Made by a program: the position numbers and the translations under genes
Source: an uncultured Nitrospinota bacterium
GTDB lineage: Bacteria > Tectomicrobia > Entotheonellia > J063 > CAVPRW01
Assembly (NCBI GenBank): GCA_963707985.1
Contig: CAVPRW010000009.1
Span: 32,001 to 96,000, forward strand
Length of the DNA stretch: 64,000 bases
Direction: 5' to 3'
Part shown: one piece after another, positions 23,732-35,272 of the stretch
How the letters are laid out: the number at the start of each line of letters is the position of its first letter
Numbering within the stretch: position 1 is the first letter of the stretch
The notes under the pieces: generated by a model
Database searches by the model: none
Told to the model about the DNA's origin: nothing
The model's input: only the letters and a program-made list of their open reading frames with translations

Positions 23732-24130
23732 TCAAAACGTCGCCGCATGTTCGAAGAATGGCACGTCGACGCGTAACACACCGTCGCGGCGGGCGGCATC
23801 GACGACCTTCTGAATAACCATCTGCCGCACGAAGGGAATCGGAATGCGTTTGACTCGATGCACGACCTCATCCGTACAGCGCATGGCAGTACCCTCAAGA
23901 AAGGGTCCGTCCGCGGCGTCCATGGCAGGTGGATGCTCGCACGTTTCCGGGACAAGTTGCTGGAGTCGCAGCGCCACAAAGTCGGTGACCCAATGCTTCA
24001 GGCTTTCGATGGCCTCTGGTGCCGGCTCTGCAGGTCGGCTTTCCAGCTTGCCAGCGATGTCTCGCAGCAAGCTCTCTAGGCGATCCAAGCGGTTCTCCAC
24101 TGCTGCCAGGCGTTGTACCACATCTTCCAC
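23732..24130 (-). CDS. Small protein with coiled coil and C-terminal PCP_red-like domain
   Basis: CTDEVVHRVKRIPIPFVRQMV...V...AR.DG...V resembles the WT.EA..RL..IP.FVR module. Confidence 0.6.
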   Translation of the reverse strand: MEDVVQRLAAVENRLDRLESLLRDIAGKLESRPAEPAPEAIESLKHWVTDFVALRLQQLVPETCEHPPAMDAADGPFLEGTAMRCTDEVVHRVKRIPIPFVRQMVIQKVVDAARRDGVLRVDVPFFEHAATF

Positions 24131-24302
24131 AGGGGCCCCCTTTCCGTGGACTTGTGTTTGCTGATGGGTGGGACGCCACGACCTTCTCCATGCTTGTGGC
24201 CGTGCATCGTTTGTTGTAGACGGTGCCTACACCCTGAGAGTCAACAGTATTGGCTGTGACTTATAACCGAATCTGCCGGCTGCTGTCAATGCGCACCGTC
24301 CC

Positions 24303-24956
24303 CTAGCGTTGGACCACCATAAACTTGGATTCCCATCGGTCCAGCATGCCATTCATCTCCACACCGACCACCACATCATAGCGTCCAGGCGGCGCTGACT
24401 GAGGTAACTTGATGGGCAACGTGCTCCAATACGTGCCATCCTGGCGCTGGACTTCTACCACCGGGTTGCCGACGAGCTCCCCCTGGTAGTAGATGTGCCG
24501 TATTTCACGGACGCGCAGGGGTTCTGTCCCACCCCTGGAGACGATCGCATATTGGACATTGACGTTGACGGTTTCCCCCGCATGAATCGACTGGGGGTTG
24601 AGACTGACTTCTTCAATGCGCACGACATTGCCTTTCTCATCGGTGTAGGCTATCGATTCAGTCGTGGCCGCACGCGTGCGCTCCTGTCGATCGAGCAGCT
24701 GACCGATGGCCCCCCCTGCCAGCACTCCTGTCAGACCGCCGATGAGCGCCCCAGTGCCGCCGCTGGCCAGACCACCGATGAGCGCCCCACCCGCCCCTCC
24801 TGCGCCGGCTCCGACAGCCGTCTTTGGATTCCCTTTGATCGCCCGCTCGATCGATTCGCACCCGTTCAAAAACGCCATGCCACCGGCGAGCAGCAGTACG
24901 CAGGCTATTTCTCTGAGAGGTTTCGGCTCAGTATCTCTCATCCCAAACTCCTTCAT
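24303..24956 (-). CDS. Glycine-zipper lipoprotein
   Basis: Lipobox-like FLNGC, GAGAGGAGGALIGG zipper, beta-rich C-terminus. Confidence 0.75.
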   Translation of the reverse strand: MKEFGMRDTEPKPLREIACVLLLAGGMAFLNGCESIERAIKGNPKTAVGAGAGGAGGALIGGLASGGTGALIGGLTGVLAGGAIGQLLDRQERTRAATTESIAYTDEKGNVVRIEEVSLNPQSIHAGETVNVNVQYAIVSRGGTEPLRVREIRHIYYQGELVGNPVVEVQRQDGTYWSTLPIKLPQSAPPGRYDVVVGVEMNGMLDRWESKFMVVQR

Positions 24957-25153
24957 GTATAGTGGCGATGAGGCCGGTGCGCTGCTGGTGTCACCATGCG
25001 TGTGATCCTTATGTGTTCAGAGAGGTAGAGCGTGGAAGAGACCTCATAATGTGCGGACCAGTGCAATATGCCATCGGTTTGACACCTCTGCAACTCTGCT
25101 GTAGCATGACGGGAGTGTCACCCAGCGGTATCCTGTACGGCAACACAGAGCGC

Positions 25154-26351
25154 ATGGTCGCGCCAGTGAGCCCGCCCGGATGTGATCCCGAGCGGGGACC
25201 ACCGCGAGGGAATATTCTCTTGAATGAGTTGCGTGTGTTGCGTCGGCGACGAGCCCGCCTGAGCCTCCTGCTGTGGGCGCAACTGGGTGCGCTGCTCGGG
25301 TTCAGTGCCTTACTATTTATCACCTATCAGCTCTACCAGCTGTTCGAACCCTTCTTGGCTTCAATTGCCTGGGCCATCATCCTACGCTTTGCGTTCCAGC
25401 CAGCTCACCAGCTGCTGAGACAACGTTTGCCAAACCGACCCAATCTGGTGGCATTGCTATCAACCGGGGTGGTGATGCTGGCGGTAGCCATTCCCGTGGC
25501 GGTGATCTCAAGCATCCTTACGCACGAAGCTGCTGGCGCCGTGGCGGATGTGACACGTTTTCTCCAGACCGGTGGGCTCGAGCGTTGGGCCGCGCAATTG
25601 CGCGAGCTGGCATGGATTCCCCTGTGGAGATGGCTGAGTCCATGGCTGGATACGACGTCGATTGACCTACGGGGTATTCTCCTGCGCGCTGTGAATACCG
25701 GCGCCAATGTCCTCGTCGAGCAAATGACCGTGGGGGCGGCAAATCTCTTCGTCATTGCTCTCAAGTTCATCCTCATGCTGCTCACCCTGTTCTTCGTGTT
25801 CCGCGATGGCGAAGCCTTCTACCTCTGGGTGCGCACCACCCTCCCATTCGCACCGGCCCAGCAGGAGCGTATCTTTGGGCGGCTAGGGCAGACGATGAAT
25901 GCCGTCACCTATGGCATTAGCATCACCGCCGCGGTCCAGGGCATCTTAGCCGGCCTCTTGTACTGGATTCTCGGGGTACCATTTCCAGCCTTTTGGGGGT
26001 TGCTAACCGCCATCGTGGCACCTATTCCAATAGGTGGGACAGGCTTGGTGTGGGGGCCGGCAGGGTGTGTATCTCATTCTGATGGAATCGTTGGTGCGTG
26101 GGATCATCCTGTTGGCCTGCGGAGCCTTGGTGGTGAGTACCATCGATAATGTGCTCAAGACATACCTGATCAGCGGCCGGACGCAGCTGCCGCCGTTGAT
26201 CCTCTTCTTTGCTCTGCTGGGTGGGCTCAGGGCATACGGCATCCTGGGGGTCTTCGTCGGGCCATTACTCCTGGCGCTGGTCATCGATGGGGTGGCGCTC
26301 TACCGCGACATCAGGGCCGAGCGTAGGCCCGTGATCGCTCCATCGCCTTGA
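25154..26351 (+). CDS. AI-2E family transporter, frameshift near 26055
   Basis: FFVFRDGE, VQGILAG, IPIGGTGLVW, IDNVLK, GILGVFVGPLL; start uncertain. Confidence 0.85.
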
Positions 26352-26901
26352 CCACCTGCGGACTCAGAAGCCCGACCGGTCATACCCGATCGGAACCGAA
26401 CCATGGAACACTAAAGATAAACCACTCAACAAGGTGCAAATCCCTAAGGAGGATGCATCTCACACAGCACTTGATTCATGCAATTTGGAGAAACACCCGG
26501 CGTGTCTGAAGCTACGTGTCTGAAGCTAGTGGATCTCAAGCTCTGAGGAAAGCCTAACACCTCTGGCACGGATGGCGCAGAGATTCTTGACACCTTTCTC
26601 GGCATCCAGTACAGTTGCGCAAGCTTTTCCACATCAGAGGGGTCAAGGGCCTACCTTTGCCATGGATCCTCAAGAGAACCATCAGCGCAAGACGGCAACC
26701 TCAGGAGCCACGCTGCAGCGAAGCAGCATGGCACAGCGCGCAGCCTGGTTTGCCGTGTGTATGGCTCTGATGCTCCTCATGGTGGCGCCATCGTTGGCAT
26801 GGGGCCAGAGGATCCTCTGCCGCTGACTCCGCAGTTCACGACCCGCCTCTCAGCGTTCCGACGCTGTCGATGTTGGTGTTCCTGAATCGTTCTCTCATCA
26901 T

Positions 26902-27256
26902 ATGATCCAACTGGGACTGATTCTAGCTGCATTCTTTGCCCTTTCCCTCTCTGTATTCAGCGGGATCACCAGGCGATCCAGAAGGACAGCTGTTTTCTGT
27001 TTTGTGGTCATCCTCAGTCTCGATGCTTTCAGCATCGCTATTCATTCGGTCCACCATCTCTTCGATCCCCCACACGCGACCGAGTGCCTTGGATTCTTCA
27101 CTTCCCAGCATGCCACTGGCACCTGCACTGACGCCTGGCACCTCGGCGCTCCAAGCCTGGCCGTAGAGCGTTCAGTGTCTCTTAGCCCGACGCGTGTGCT
27201 CACGCCACTTCTTCAGGTCCAACCAACAGCGCGCTCCTCCTGCATTGCCTGCTTAA
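26902..27256 (+). CDS. Putative DUF2946-like His/Cys leader protein ending in RAPP (needs one frameshift)
   Basis: TM segments, IHSVHHL..EC....QH; the +1 frame from about 27182 reads ..FFRSNQQRAPPALPA* (RAPP at 27230-27241). Confidence 0.6.
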
Positions 27257-27398
27257 CCATTTCCGCTGGTCGCATACGCTGATGAGAATCAACGGGTGCG
27301 ACAATGCCCTTTCGTAAGCATAAGCTCATAATAATCAACGGGTCACGTAATTCTGGAACGGATCCCCAAAGAAAAAACGACATAACCTAGCGAACAAC

Positions 27399-28823
27399 AT
27401 GGGGTTCAACGCATACTACGAGTCGCAGGGGTACTTCCGGCTTCCCGAGAACCAACGCACGCCGGTGGAGGAGCGGTTGGGCGGCCGCCTCTACAATCTC
27501 CAAGGACGCAGCGATGTGACGCTGTCGGACGTCGGTGAAGGGATTTGTCCGGCTGGGGTACAACTACCAGGAGCGCTTCGGCGGATTTCAGGACCAGCAG
27601 GCCGACTCCGCCATCGCGGACGTGGCCACCGGCCTCGATATCAACGTCGGCAGCCCCGGGCTCGTCAATCTCCGCGCCTTCTACGTCAACGAGGACTTCG
27701 ACGTCGACAACGTGAACGTCCCCGATCCGTTCACGTCATTCGTCTCCAACCGTCACCACACGACGAGCGACGACTACGGCCTCTCCGCCCAGTGGTCACG
27801 GGGATTCGGGACGATTCGTCTCGCGCGTGACCGCAGGCGTGGACTTCCGCCTCATCGACGGCAAGGACGCCCAGGACATCTTCAACGCTCCCGACACAGC
27901 CCAGCGCCTCCAACGTCACTCGGCGAGGGCACGCAGACCTCCGTGGGTGTCTTCGGCTGAGGTGAGCCTGAAGCCCATCGACACCGTGGAGATCCTCGGC
28001 AACCTCCGCTTCGACGCCTTCGTGGACTCCGACGGTCGCATCGTCACTGACGGTGTCGCCCAAACGTTTTCCGACCAGACGCTGACCATCGTCAGCCCGC
28101 GCATCGCCGCTCGCTGGCAGTTCAGCCGGCCGGTCGCGATCCGCGCCTCCTTCTATGAAGGCTTCCGGGTGCCCACGCTGGCCGAGCTCTACCGTAGCTT
28201 CGAGTCGCCCACCTTCCGAGGGCTGTCGAACCCCAACTTGAACGCCGAGCGTCTGCTTGGCGGCGACCTGGGCCTGGACGTGCGGGTGTGGCGGCTGTCA
28301 GGGCAGCTCAACGGTTTCTACAACCGCGTGAAAAACTTCGTCGGGAGCGAGGAGGTGGGATTTATCAACGACAAGTTTACCGTGAGGGCCGCCAACGTGG
28401 CCGAGATCCACAGCCGCGGTTTCGAGCTGATGGCGTCGCTGCAAATCACTGACGACCTGTCGTTCACGACCAACTACACCTTCACCGACGCCAAGGTGGT
28501 CAAGGGCCCGTTGAAAGGCAACGATGTCGAGGGCGCACCCGAGAACGTGGCGGGCTTCTGGCTCTACTACCGTGCGCCGTTCGGGCTGACCGTCAATCCC
28601 CGGGCGCGTTACGTCGGGCAAGAGCTTCCAGGACATCACGAACGAGGCCGTCCAGGACGCCCATTGGATCTTTGACATCTTCGGCGCCTTCCGCGTGCAC
28701 AAGCATGTGGAGATCTTCGTGTCCGGTCAGAACATTTTTAACGAGCAGTACGTCGCCGACGGCTTCAGCGGCGGGCTGGGCGCGCCGCAGCAGTTCTCGG
28801 GCGGCGTGCGCGTGAACTTTTAA
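27399..28823 (+). pseudogene. TonB-dependent receptor, N-terminally truncated, several frameshifts
   Basis: SPRIAARW, GFRVPTLAELY, SNPNLNAER, NYTFTDA, NIFNEQY, terminal VRVNF. Confidence 0.85.
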
Positions 28824-28975
28824 GGAGGTGTGAGCGACGTGAGAGAACCCGGTGTGAAAAGGAGAAGGAATAACGGGAATAAGGCACGAGTCGTTCTCGC
28901 TTCCCAGTTCGACAAGCAGCAAGCTGACGCCATGGCTCATAGCGCAAGGCAGGTACATCATACGGAGGGCATGAC

Positions 28976-29410
28976 ATGCAGGGGTTCAGAGCGCTCACAA
29001 TTTTCCTCCTGTCTATCGCCGTGGCCATGGGGTCTGTGACCGTAAGCATCGCAGGGGACGGCCCTACATTACAGGGCAAGTGGCATGAGGGCCGCATCGC
29101 GTCCATCACGATCGATCGCTGTGGGGTAGAGCCAGGCCAGTGTATCGGGTCCATCGTGCTGGCGGAGCAGAGTATCGGCGAGGTCGCATTAGGCATTCGA
29201 CCGGGGACCTGGATCAAGCAGGCGATCGCTTCATCTTCATCGAGGATTTACGCGTGGGCAACTATGTCCGCGTGCAGGCCGTGCACATCCCCGGCGACCG
29301 GTTGCAACAGGTGACCGAGCTCGTCGTTGAGCCTCACATCACCCGTGTACGTCGACTGCTCCTGCCGTGTCCATCCGCGTGGCAAACGGAGGACACCCCG
29401 TGCTCGTAGG
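28976..29410 (+). CDS. Secreted hypothetical small beta protein, frameshift near 29220
   Basis: GGAGG RBS, signal peptide, continues GDRFIFIEDLRVGNYVRV in next frame. Confidence 0.5.
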
Positions 29411-29676
29411 ACCATGCCACGAACGTTCCGGAGGGAAAGGCGTGCATACATGACAACCATGCAAAAAGGGTCACCGCATCAGCAGAGGAACGGTGAAGCA
29501 TACCCTCAGGGTCCCCTGTGAGAGGAGGGTGATACATGAACCGCAGCTATACCATGTGCATGATGCCCATGCTCTGCATGGGAGTCGTGCTGGCAGTCCA
29601 AGGGAAGTAAGAATGGAGCTAAAAACATCGGCGAGCAGGTCGGTAAGTCATAGACGAGAAGCCGATCGAGAGCAGC

Positions 29677-31339
29677 TCAGGTGTACAGGTCCGGAAGATC
29701 GTTTTCGAACAACACGGTATCTCCCACCCCCACAATGGTGGGCAGGACGATGGTGGCACCCTTGAGGTCACGGACGATGCGAATCTTCTCGGGGGGAAAG
29801 TTCTTGGCCTTAAGCCCTGCGGCTAGGGGTTTCGTCCGCTCCACTCCGACGAGCACGACATAGTCGCACACCTCAGCGGCCTTCGCCCCCAAGTGCTTCG
29901 TTCAGGTGCGCCTCCAGCGGGCCTAATTCGATCATTCCTGGCGTGACCAGGATACGTTGCCCGGTGGTGAAGCTGCCAAGAACCTCCAACGCCTCCGTGG
30001 CGCCGATCGGGTTGGAATTGTAGGAGTCATCGATAACCGTCACGCCGCCGCCGTTGTCGAGGAGTTGCAAGCGGTGAGGAACGGGGGGAAGCTCTAGAAT
30101 CGCCTTGGCCAGATCCAGCAGAGGGACACCGATAGCCAAGGCGGCGCAGGATGCACCGAGAATATTTAGGACATTGTGGTGCCCGAGGAGGACGGTGCGG
30201 ACAGCGATGCGCCTGCCATCCTGACTCATCATAGTAAACGACAAGCCCTCCGGCCCCATGGCGATGTGCTCCGCCCAGAGGTCAAGACTCTGTCCTGTCG
30301 TCTCCAGACCATAACGCATGACGCGCACATGGGAGGTTCGGTCTGCGAGGGCCCGACAGCGCGGATCATCGTTGTTGAAAATCGCCACGCCAGAGGCCGG
30401 CAGCGCTTCGATGAGCTCGTACTTGGTGGCCTGGATGTTGTCGATGGTCTTGAAGCGCTCCAGATGCTGGGGACCGATGGCGGTCAGGATGCCGATGGTG
30501 GGATGCACAAACTCGCTCAGCTCTTTGATGTCCCCCCGACGATAGGCCCCCATTTCGGCGATGAACACCTCGGTATTGCTGTCCAAACTTTCGTTGATCA
30601 CCCGACAGACACCCATCATGGTGTTATAGCTCAAGGGCGTCTTGAGCACCCGACGATGGCCGGCGAGCAGATGCTCCAGAAGATACTTCGTCGAGGTCTT
30701 ACCGTAACTCCCGGTAATACCGATTACCAGCGGCTGCACGTCACGCAAGCGATGCTGGGCACGGCGCAGGTAGGTCCGATTAATGGCATTCTGCACGGGT
30801 GACAGGATGAGGTTGGCCAACACGGTCGTCAGCGGGCTCAACTGGATTACCGCCAGCGCCGCCAGCACGATGACCAGCACCGCATGCGGGCTCAGAGCCG
30901 TCGACAGGTCTGACTGCAGACGGGCGAGCGCTAGCCAGGTGCCGAGCCCCATGACAACGCCGGAGATGGCCAGCGACGTCCCCAGAATGCGTAACGCCCG
31001 ACCGGTGTACACCAGCGGTTTTTTCGGTGGTTCGGCCTGGCGATAGGCATATACGAGCAAACCCGCCTCACACACGACCCACGCCGCGAGCAGGAAGGCC
31101 CCGTCGACGAACCCTGTCGGCAGCACAAGCGTCATGCTCAGGAAGAGCACCTGGCAAAGTCCCGAAGGGACCTCTATGAGACGGCTTTGTGGCTGGGCCA
31201 TCAGCCACTGCACCAAGCGATGGTTGGCATAGCTATCCAGTTGCAGCATCTGTAACGCCCGCTGGGTGCGCAACAATACCCAACCCAGAGTCACAGCGAT
31301 AGCCAACGCAACGACGATCAGATTGAGCGCTAGATTCAT
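29677..31339 (-). CDS. murF: UDP-MurNAc-tripeptide--D-Ala-D-Ala ligase with N-terminal TM helices; frameshift in G run near 29888
   Basis: GITGSYGKTSTK, SYNT..G, EMGAY, IGPQHLERF, IDDSYNSNP, TPGMIELG, FENDLPD. Confidence 0.85.
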
Positions 31340-32172
31340 GCAGAAGTACTTTCATGCCGCTCGTCAGGCTCGCGCAGAAAGCGTCGGACGAGCAGGCGAA
31401 AGCGGTCGAATTGATCCAGATAGGCAAAGTGGCCGGCGTTCTCAAACACGGCAAGTTGTGCGGCAGGAATCAGTCGCGCCATCACCTGCCCGGCCGCGAG
31501 AGGCACATCGCGGTCTTGTGCACCCCACACCAACAGCGTCGGCGATGCGATCAGCGGCAGCAATGGGGTCAGGTCCTCAGTGATCACCCGCACCAGCGTC
31601 GGTCGCAAGGGGCCAGCACTGGCGTAGTCCTGCGATTGCACCCGACGGTAGATCGCCCCCCGTGCCTTTTCCCCGATCCACCCTGCATGTGCCGCCAGCC
31701 ATTTGCCGAAACGCGCCGCTGTCCGTTTCAGACGGGTTGCCAGGGCGGGGTGCATCCGAATGCCGGCGCTACACACCAGGACCAGCTTGCCAACACGTTC
31801 TGGCGCGGTCGCCGCAAGCTGGATCGACACCTGCCCGCCGAACGAATGGCCGATCAGGTGAGGTCGGTTCAACTGTAATCGCTCCATGAGCTGCAGCGTC
31901 AGACGCGCGTAATCAGCCGAACCCCAGGTGGTCGGCGGCAAGCTACTGTTGCCGAACCCTGGCAGATCAAAGGCAGCTACCCTATACGAGCGGTGTAGAT
32001 CGTCCAGCACCGGGGCAAAGCTCTCGATGGCTCCTCCCCAACCGTGCAACAACAGCACTTGAGGACCCTGACCACCCACCTGAGAGCGCACAGTCAGGCC
32101 ATCGATCTGCAGCACATCCTGGCGCCAGGGGCCCATGGCAGCATCGTCGAGCGCGGTTGAGGACTGTATCAT
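31336..32172 (-). CDS. Alpha/beta hydrolase, ATGA-coupled to ddl and murF
   Basis: LLHGWG, DLPGFG, GHSFGG, WGAQD, GHF. Confidence 0.9.
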   Translation of the reverse strand: MIQSSTALDDAAMGPWRQDVLQIDGLTVRSQVGGQGPQVLLLHGWGGAIESFAPVLDDLHRSYRVAAFDLPGFGNSSLPPTTWGSADYARLTLQLMERLQLNRPHLIGHSFGGQVSIQLAATAPERVGKLVLVCSAGIRMHPALATRLKRTAARFGKWLAAHAGWIGEKARGAIYRRVQSQDYASAGPLRPTLVRVITEDLTPLLPLIASPTLLVWGAQDRDVPLAAGQVMARLIPAAQLAVFENAGHFAYLDQFDRFRLLVRRFLREPDERHESTSA

Positions 32173-33387
32173 GGTCTCTGCCGCATGCTTTCGGAGGTGG
32201 GCTCGTCCTTCTTGCGCAGCAGATTCACCTCGAACGAGAACTGGGTCTGGACGCGTGCCTGATGGCGTTCGCACGCGATGGTGATGAGGCTGTCCACCAA
32301 CTCATCGAAGGGCAGGCCCGTCGCTTCCCAGAGATAGAAGGCCAGAGAGCCGGGGATGGAGTTCACTTCGTTGAGATACAGGGCATCGCTGTCCGACTGG
32401 TACAGGAAGTCGATACGCGAGGTCCCTGCCGCGTCAATGGCACGGAATGCCTGCATAGCGAGGTTTTGCACGCGTTCCGCGAGCGCTGCCGTGATGGGGG
32501 CTGGAATGAGGCGATCCAGCGAGGCCATGCCTCCGGGTTGCTTAGCGTGTTTGGCACTTTTGCCGCCGCGTTTGTACTTGGCATCGAAGGAAAGAATCGC
32601 CTCATGCGTGACTGGTTGTTCGCATACTGACACACGCGCCGGTGGTCCCATGACGGCGCAGTTGATCTCGATGAAGTCGGTGAGAGCGGGTTCGACGATA
32701 ACACGGCCATCCAGGATCAGCGCCGCGGCAATGGCTTCGCGCAGCGTCCCACGGTCATGGCAGCGCTTCACCCCGATGCTGCTACCCAGGCAGACGGGTT
32801 TGACGATCACGGGATAGGCAAATGCCGCCTCGATGCGGTCGACGATCCCGGCCGGCTCTTGGCCCCATTCGGCACGCCCTAGGACCACCCAATCCAGCAC
32901 TGGGATACCAACACCACGGCAGATGACCTTGGTCAGGGCTTTATCCATGGCGATGGCTGAGGCAGCGACCCCAGCGCCAACGTATGGGACGTCGGCAAGC
33001 TCGAACAGTCCCTGTACGCTGCCATCTTCTCCGAAGCTACCATGCAAACAGGGGAAAAATACCTCGGCCCAGAGTTGGGGCGGTTTCCTGAAGAGGCCCT
33101 GGCCGCCTACCCGGATGGACGACCAATTGTCGGATCGAGCGGTCCGGACTTAAACTGACATGCACGACCCCAGTGGCACGGGTCGGCTCACCCGCTGGAT
33201 CGGTATATAATTTGAGGTTGTGCAAGCTTTCACCTGCATACCATTGGCCATCCTTCTCGATGTAAATCGGTAGGACGCGATGACCGGCTGCCTTCAGAGC
33301 GTCCATGATTTGATGACCGGTAATGACAGATACTTCGTGCTCCACAGAGCGCCCACCAAATAAAACCGCCACCGTTTTCTCTGCCAT
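32169..33387 (-). CDS. ddl: D-alanine--D-alanine ligase, frameshift near 33108
   Basis: FGGRSVEHEVS, HGSFGEDG, MDK, KP..LGSSIGV, AKY, RIDF, NEVNSIPG. Confidence 0.9.
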
Positions 33388-33535
33388 AGTGTTGCACCAG
33401 TCTCCATGCATCAAGGCCGTAGTTCAGGTGTGTGCCGGACGTTTGAGCGGTGCCATGCGTCTGGTTAGCAAGGCTCAATCTATCGCAGCGGATCGTCGAG
33501 GTCAAGAATTCCCTTTCCGCCGCAGGTGGGCGCCG

Positions 33536-35131
33536 CTAGAGCACCCGTCCGGGCGCGCGCCTGATGAAGAACACCAACGGCATGACGACGACACACAGCG
33601 CTGTCATCAGGAGGAAGCAATCCTGGTAGGCCATCATGGTGGATTCGAGGCTGAGCTGTCGCTGCACCAGGCCCAGTGATTTCAGCCCTAACATACTCTC
33701 CGTCTCACCGGCCTTGGCCAGGAATGCTCTAATTGGTGCCCATAGGTCCGTCCAGGGGAGCGATGAGAGGGTTTGCTGTTGGTCGAGCATATGAGCGTGA
33801 TAGAGTGTCCGGTGCTCGAGAAACGTAGCCATGACGGCGATGCCAACGGTTCCCCCAAGGCCTTGCTGCATGATGTTGATCAGCCCTGAGCCCATACGCA
33901 CTCGGTCGGCGGGCAGGGTCATCAAGGAGGCGGCGTTCATCGGTGTGAACACGAAGGCAATGCTGAAATAGCGCCAGATGATCAGCCAGATGATCACCTG
34001 CATCGGCGTGTCGAGCGTCACAGACGAGAACCAATAGCATGACAGAGCAAATAGCCCTAAACCGAAGAGCACGATCAGCCGCCGATCGATCAGATCTGCC
34101 AGGCGGCCCGCCCCTAAGGTGGTAAATGCCATGATGAAGGCCCCGGGGAGCATGGCAAATCCCGCCTGTGCCGGTGTGTAGTCCAGGGTGCGTTGCATGA
34201 GAATGGTCTGCATGAAATTGCTGGCCCAAAAGTTCACGGCATTGATCAGGATCACCACGGAGACAATGGCAAAGCCAAAGTTGGTATACAGGCGCAGGTC
34301 CACCAGGGGCTCGTCCCGCCAGAGCTCGATCACCACAAACAACACAAACGTCACGCCGCTGGCCATGAGCAGGCGCTGGATGAACGGCGCATCCCACCCC
34401 TGACGATGCCCCTGACTCAGAGCGATCAGCAAGCACACCAGGAACACCGCCAGGGTGACCAGACCTGCCAGGTCGAGGGACCGGCGCTGTGCGTCCCGCG
34501 TGTTTGGCAGGACCAGGAATACCAATGCCATGCACAGGAGACCGGGAACGAGATTTAAATAGAAGACCGCCCTCCAGCTCAAAAAGTCAGTGAGATAGCC
34601 CCCCATCACCGGGCCGACCGCCGGCCCAAACGCCGCAGCCAGCCCGAACAACCCCATCGCCAGCCCACGTTCTCGTGGGGGGAAGGCCTCGTTCAACAGG
34701 ACCATAGCCATCGGAATCAGCGGTCCGCCGCCTACCCCCTGCACGATGCGGAAAAAGATCAACGCGCCTCCATTCCACGCCAGTCCGGAAAGGGCCGAGC
34801 CGGAAATGAACGTCAACAGACTGAGCAGGAAGAGATTGCGATTGCCCACGCAATTCCCCAACCAGCCGACGGTGGGGATGAGCACCGCACTGGCGATCAT
34901 GTATGCCGTGATGACCCACTGGACTTCGTCGAGATTCATGCTGAAAGTGGTCATGATCGGCGGCAAGGCGACGTTGACCGTTGCACCGCTGACCACCACC
35001 AGAAACGCCCCAAGCATCACCGTGGCAGTTACCCACCACTTGTAGGATGGATGATCGGGAGCGATCCAGGGCGTGGAGCCTTTTGTGGCAGGATCTCGGT
35101 GGATCAACGGCGGGTGCTGCAGTCGTGCCAT
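33536..35131 (-). CDS. DHA2-family (EmrB/QacA) MFS transporter
   Basis: VNVALP, WVITAY, RIVQGVGGG, GPAVGPVMGGYL, LD..G, EPLVDLRL; about 14 TM segments. Confidence 0.9.
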   Translation of the reverse strand: MARLQHPPLIHRDPATKGSTPWIAPDHPSYKWWVTATVMLGAFLVVVSGATVNVALPPIMTTFSMNLDEVQWVITAYMIASAVLIPTVGWLGNCVGNRNLFLLSLLTFISGSALSGLAWNGGALIFFRIVQGVGGGPLIPMAMVLLNEAFPPRERGLAMGLFGLAAAFGPAVGPVMGGYLTDFLSWRAVFYLNLVPGLLCMALVFLVLPNTRDAQRRSLDLAGLVTLAVFLVCLLIALSQGHRQGWDAPFIQRLLMASGVTFVLFVVIELWRDEPLVDLRLYTNFGFAIVSVVILINAVNFWASNFMQTILMQRTLDYTPAQAGFAMLPGAFIMAFTTLGAGRLADLIDRRLIVLFGLGLFALSCYWFSSVTLDTPMQVIIWLIIWRYFSIAFVFTPMNAASLMTLPADRVRMGSGLINIMQQGLGGTVGIAVMATFLEHRTLYHAHMLDQQQTLSSLPWTDLWAPIRAFLAKAGETESMLGLKSLGLVQRQLSLESTMMAYQDCFLLMTALCVVVMPLVFFIRRAPGRVL

Positions 35132-35272
35132 CGAAAGTTGCTTTCAACAGGCGTGGCGATGAGGTTTTACGTCAACTGTTTGGTTGAACCGCGCCATCTC
35201 GATCAGAGCGCTTGGCTCGTCAATGATTTCGGCTAGATACGTGGGGTGATAGCATCGACAAGCGGTCAGCGC

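Noticed and set aside
29536..29610. Short Met/Cys-rich ORF with RBS as a RiPP or metal peptide
   Set aside because: Looks like a leftover signal peptide; no modifying enzymes nearby
32169..33387. Glycopeptide-resistance (Van-type) ligase cluster
   Set aside because: The omega loop keeps KY (SFDAKY) as in D-Ala-D-Ala ligases; no vanH, vanX or vanRS nearby
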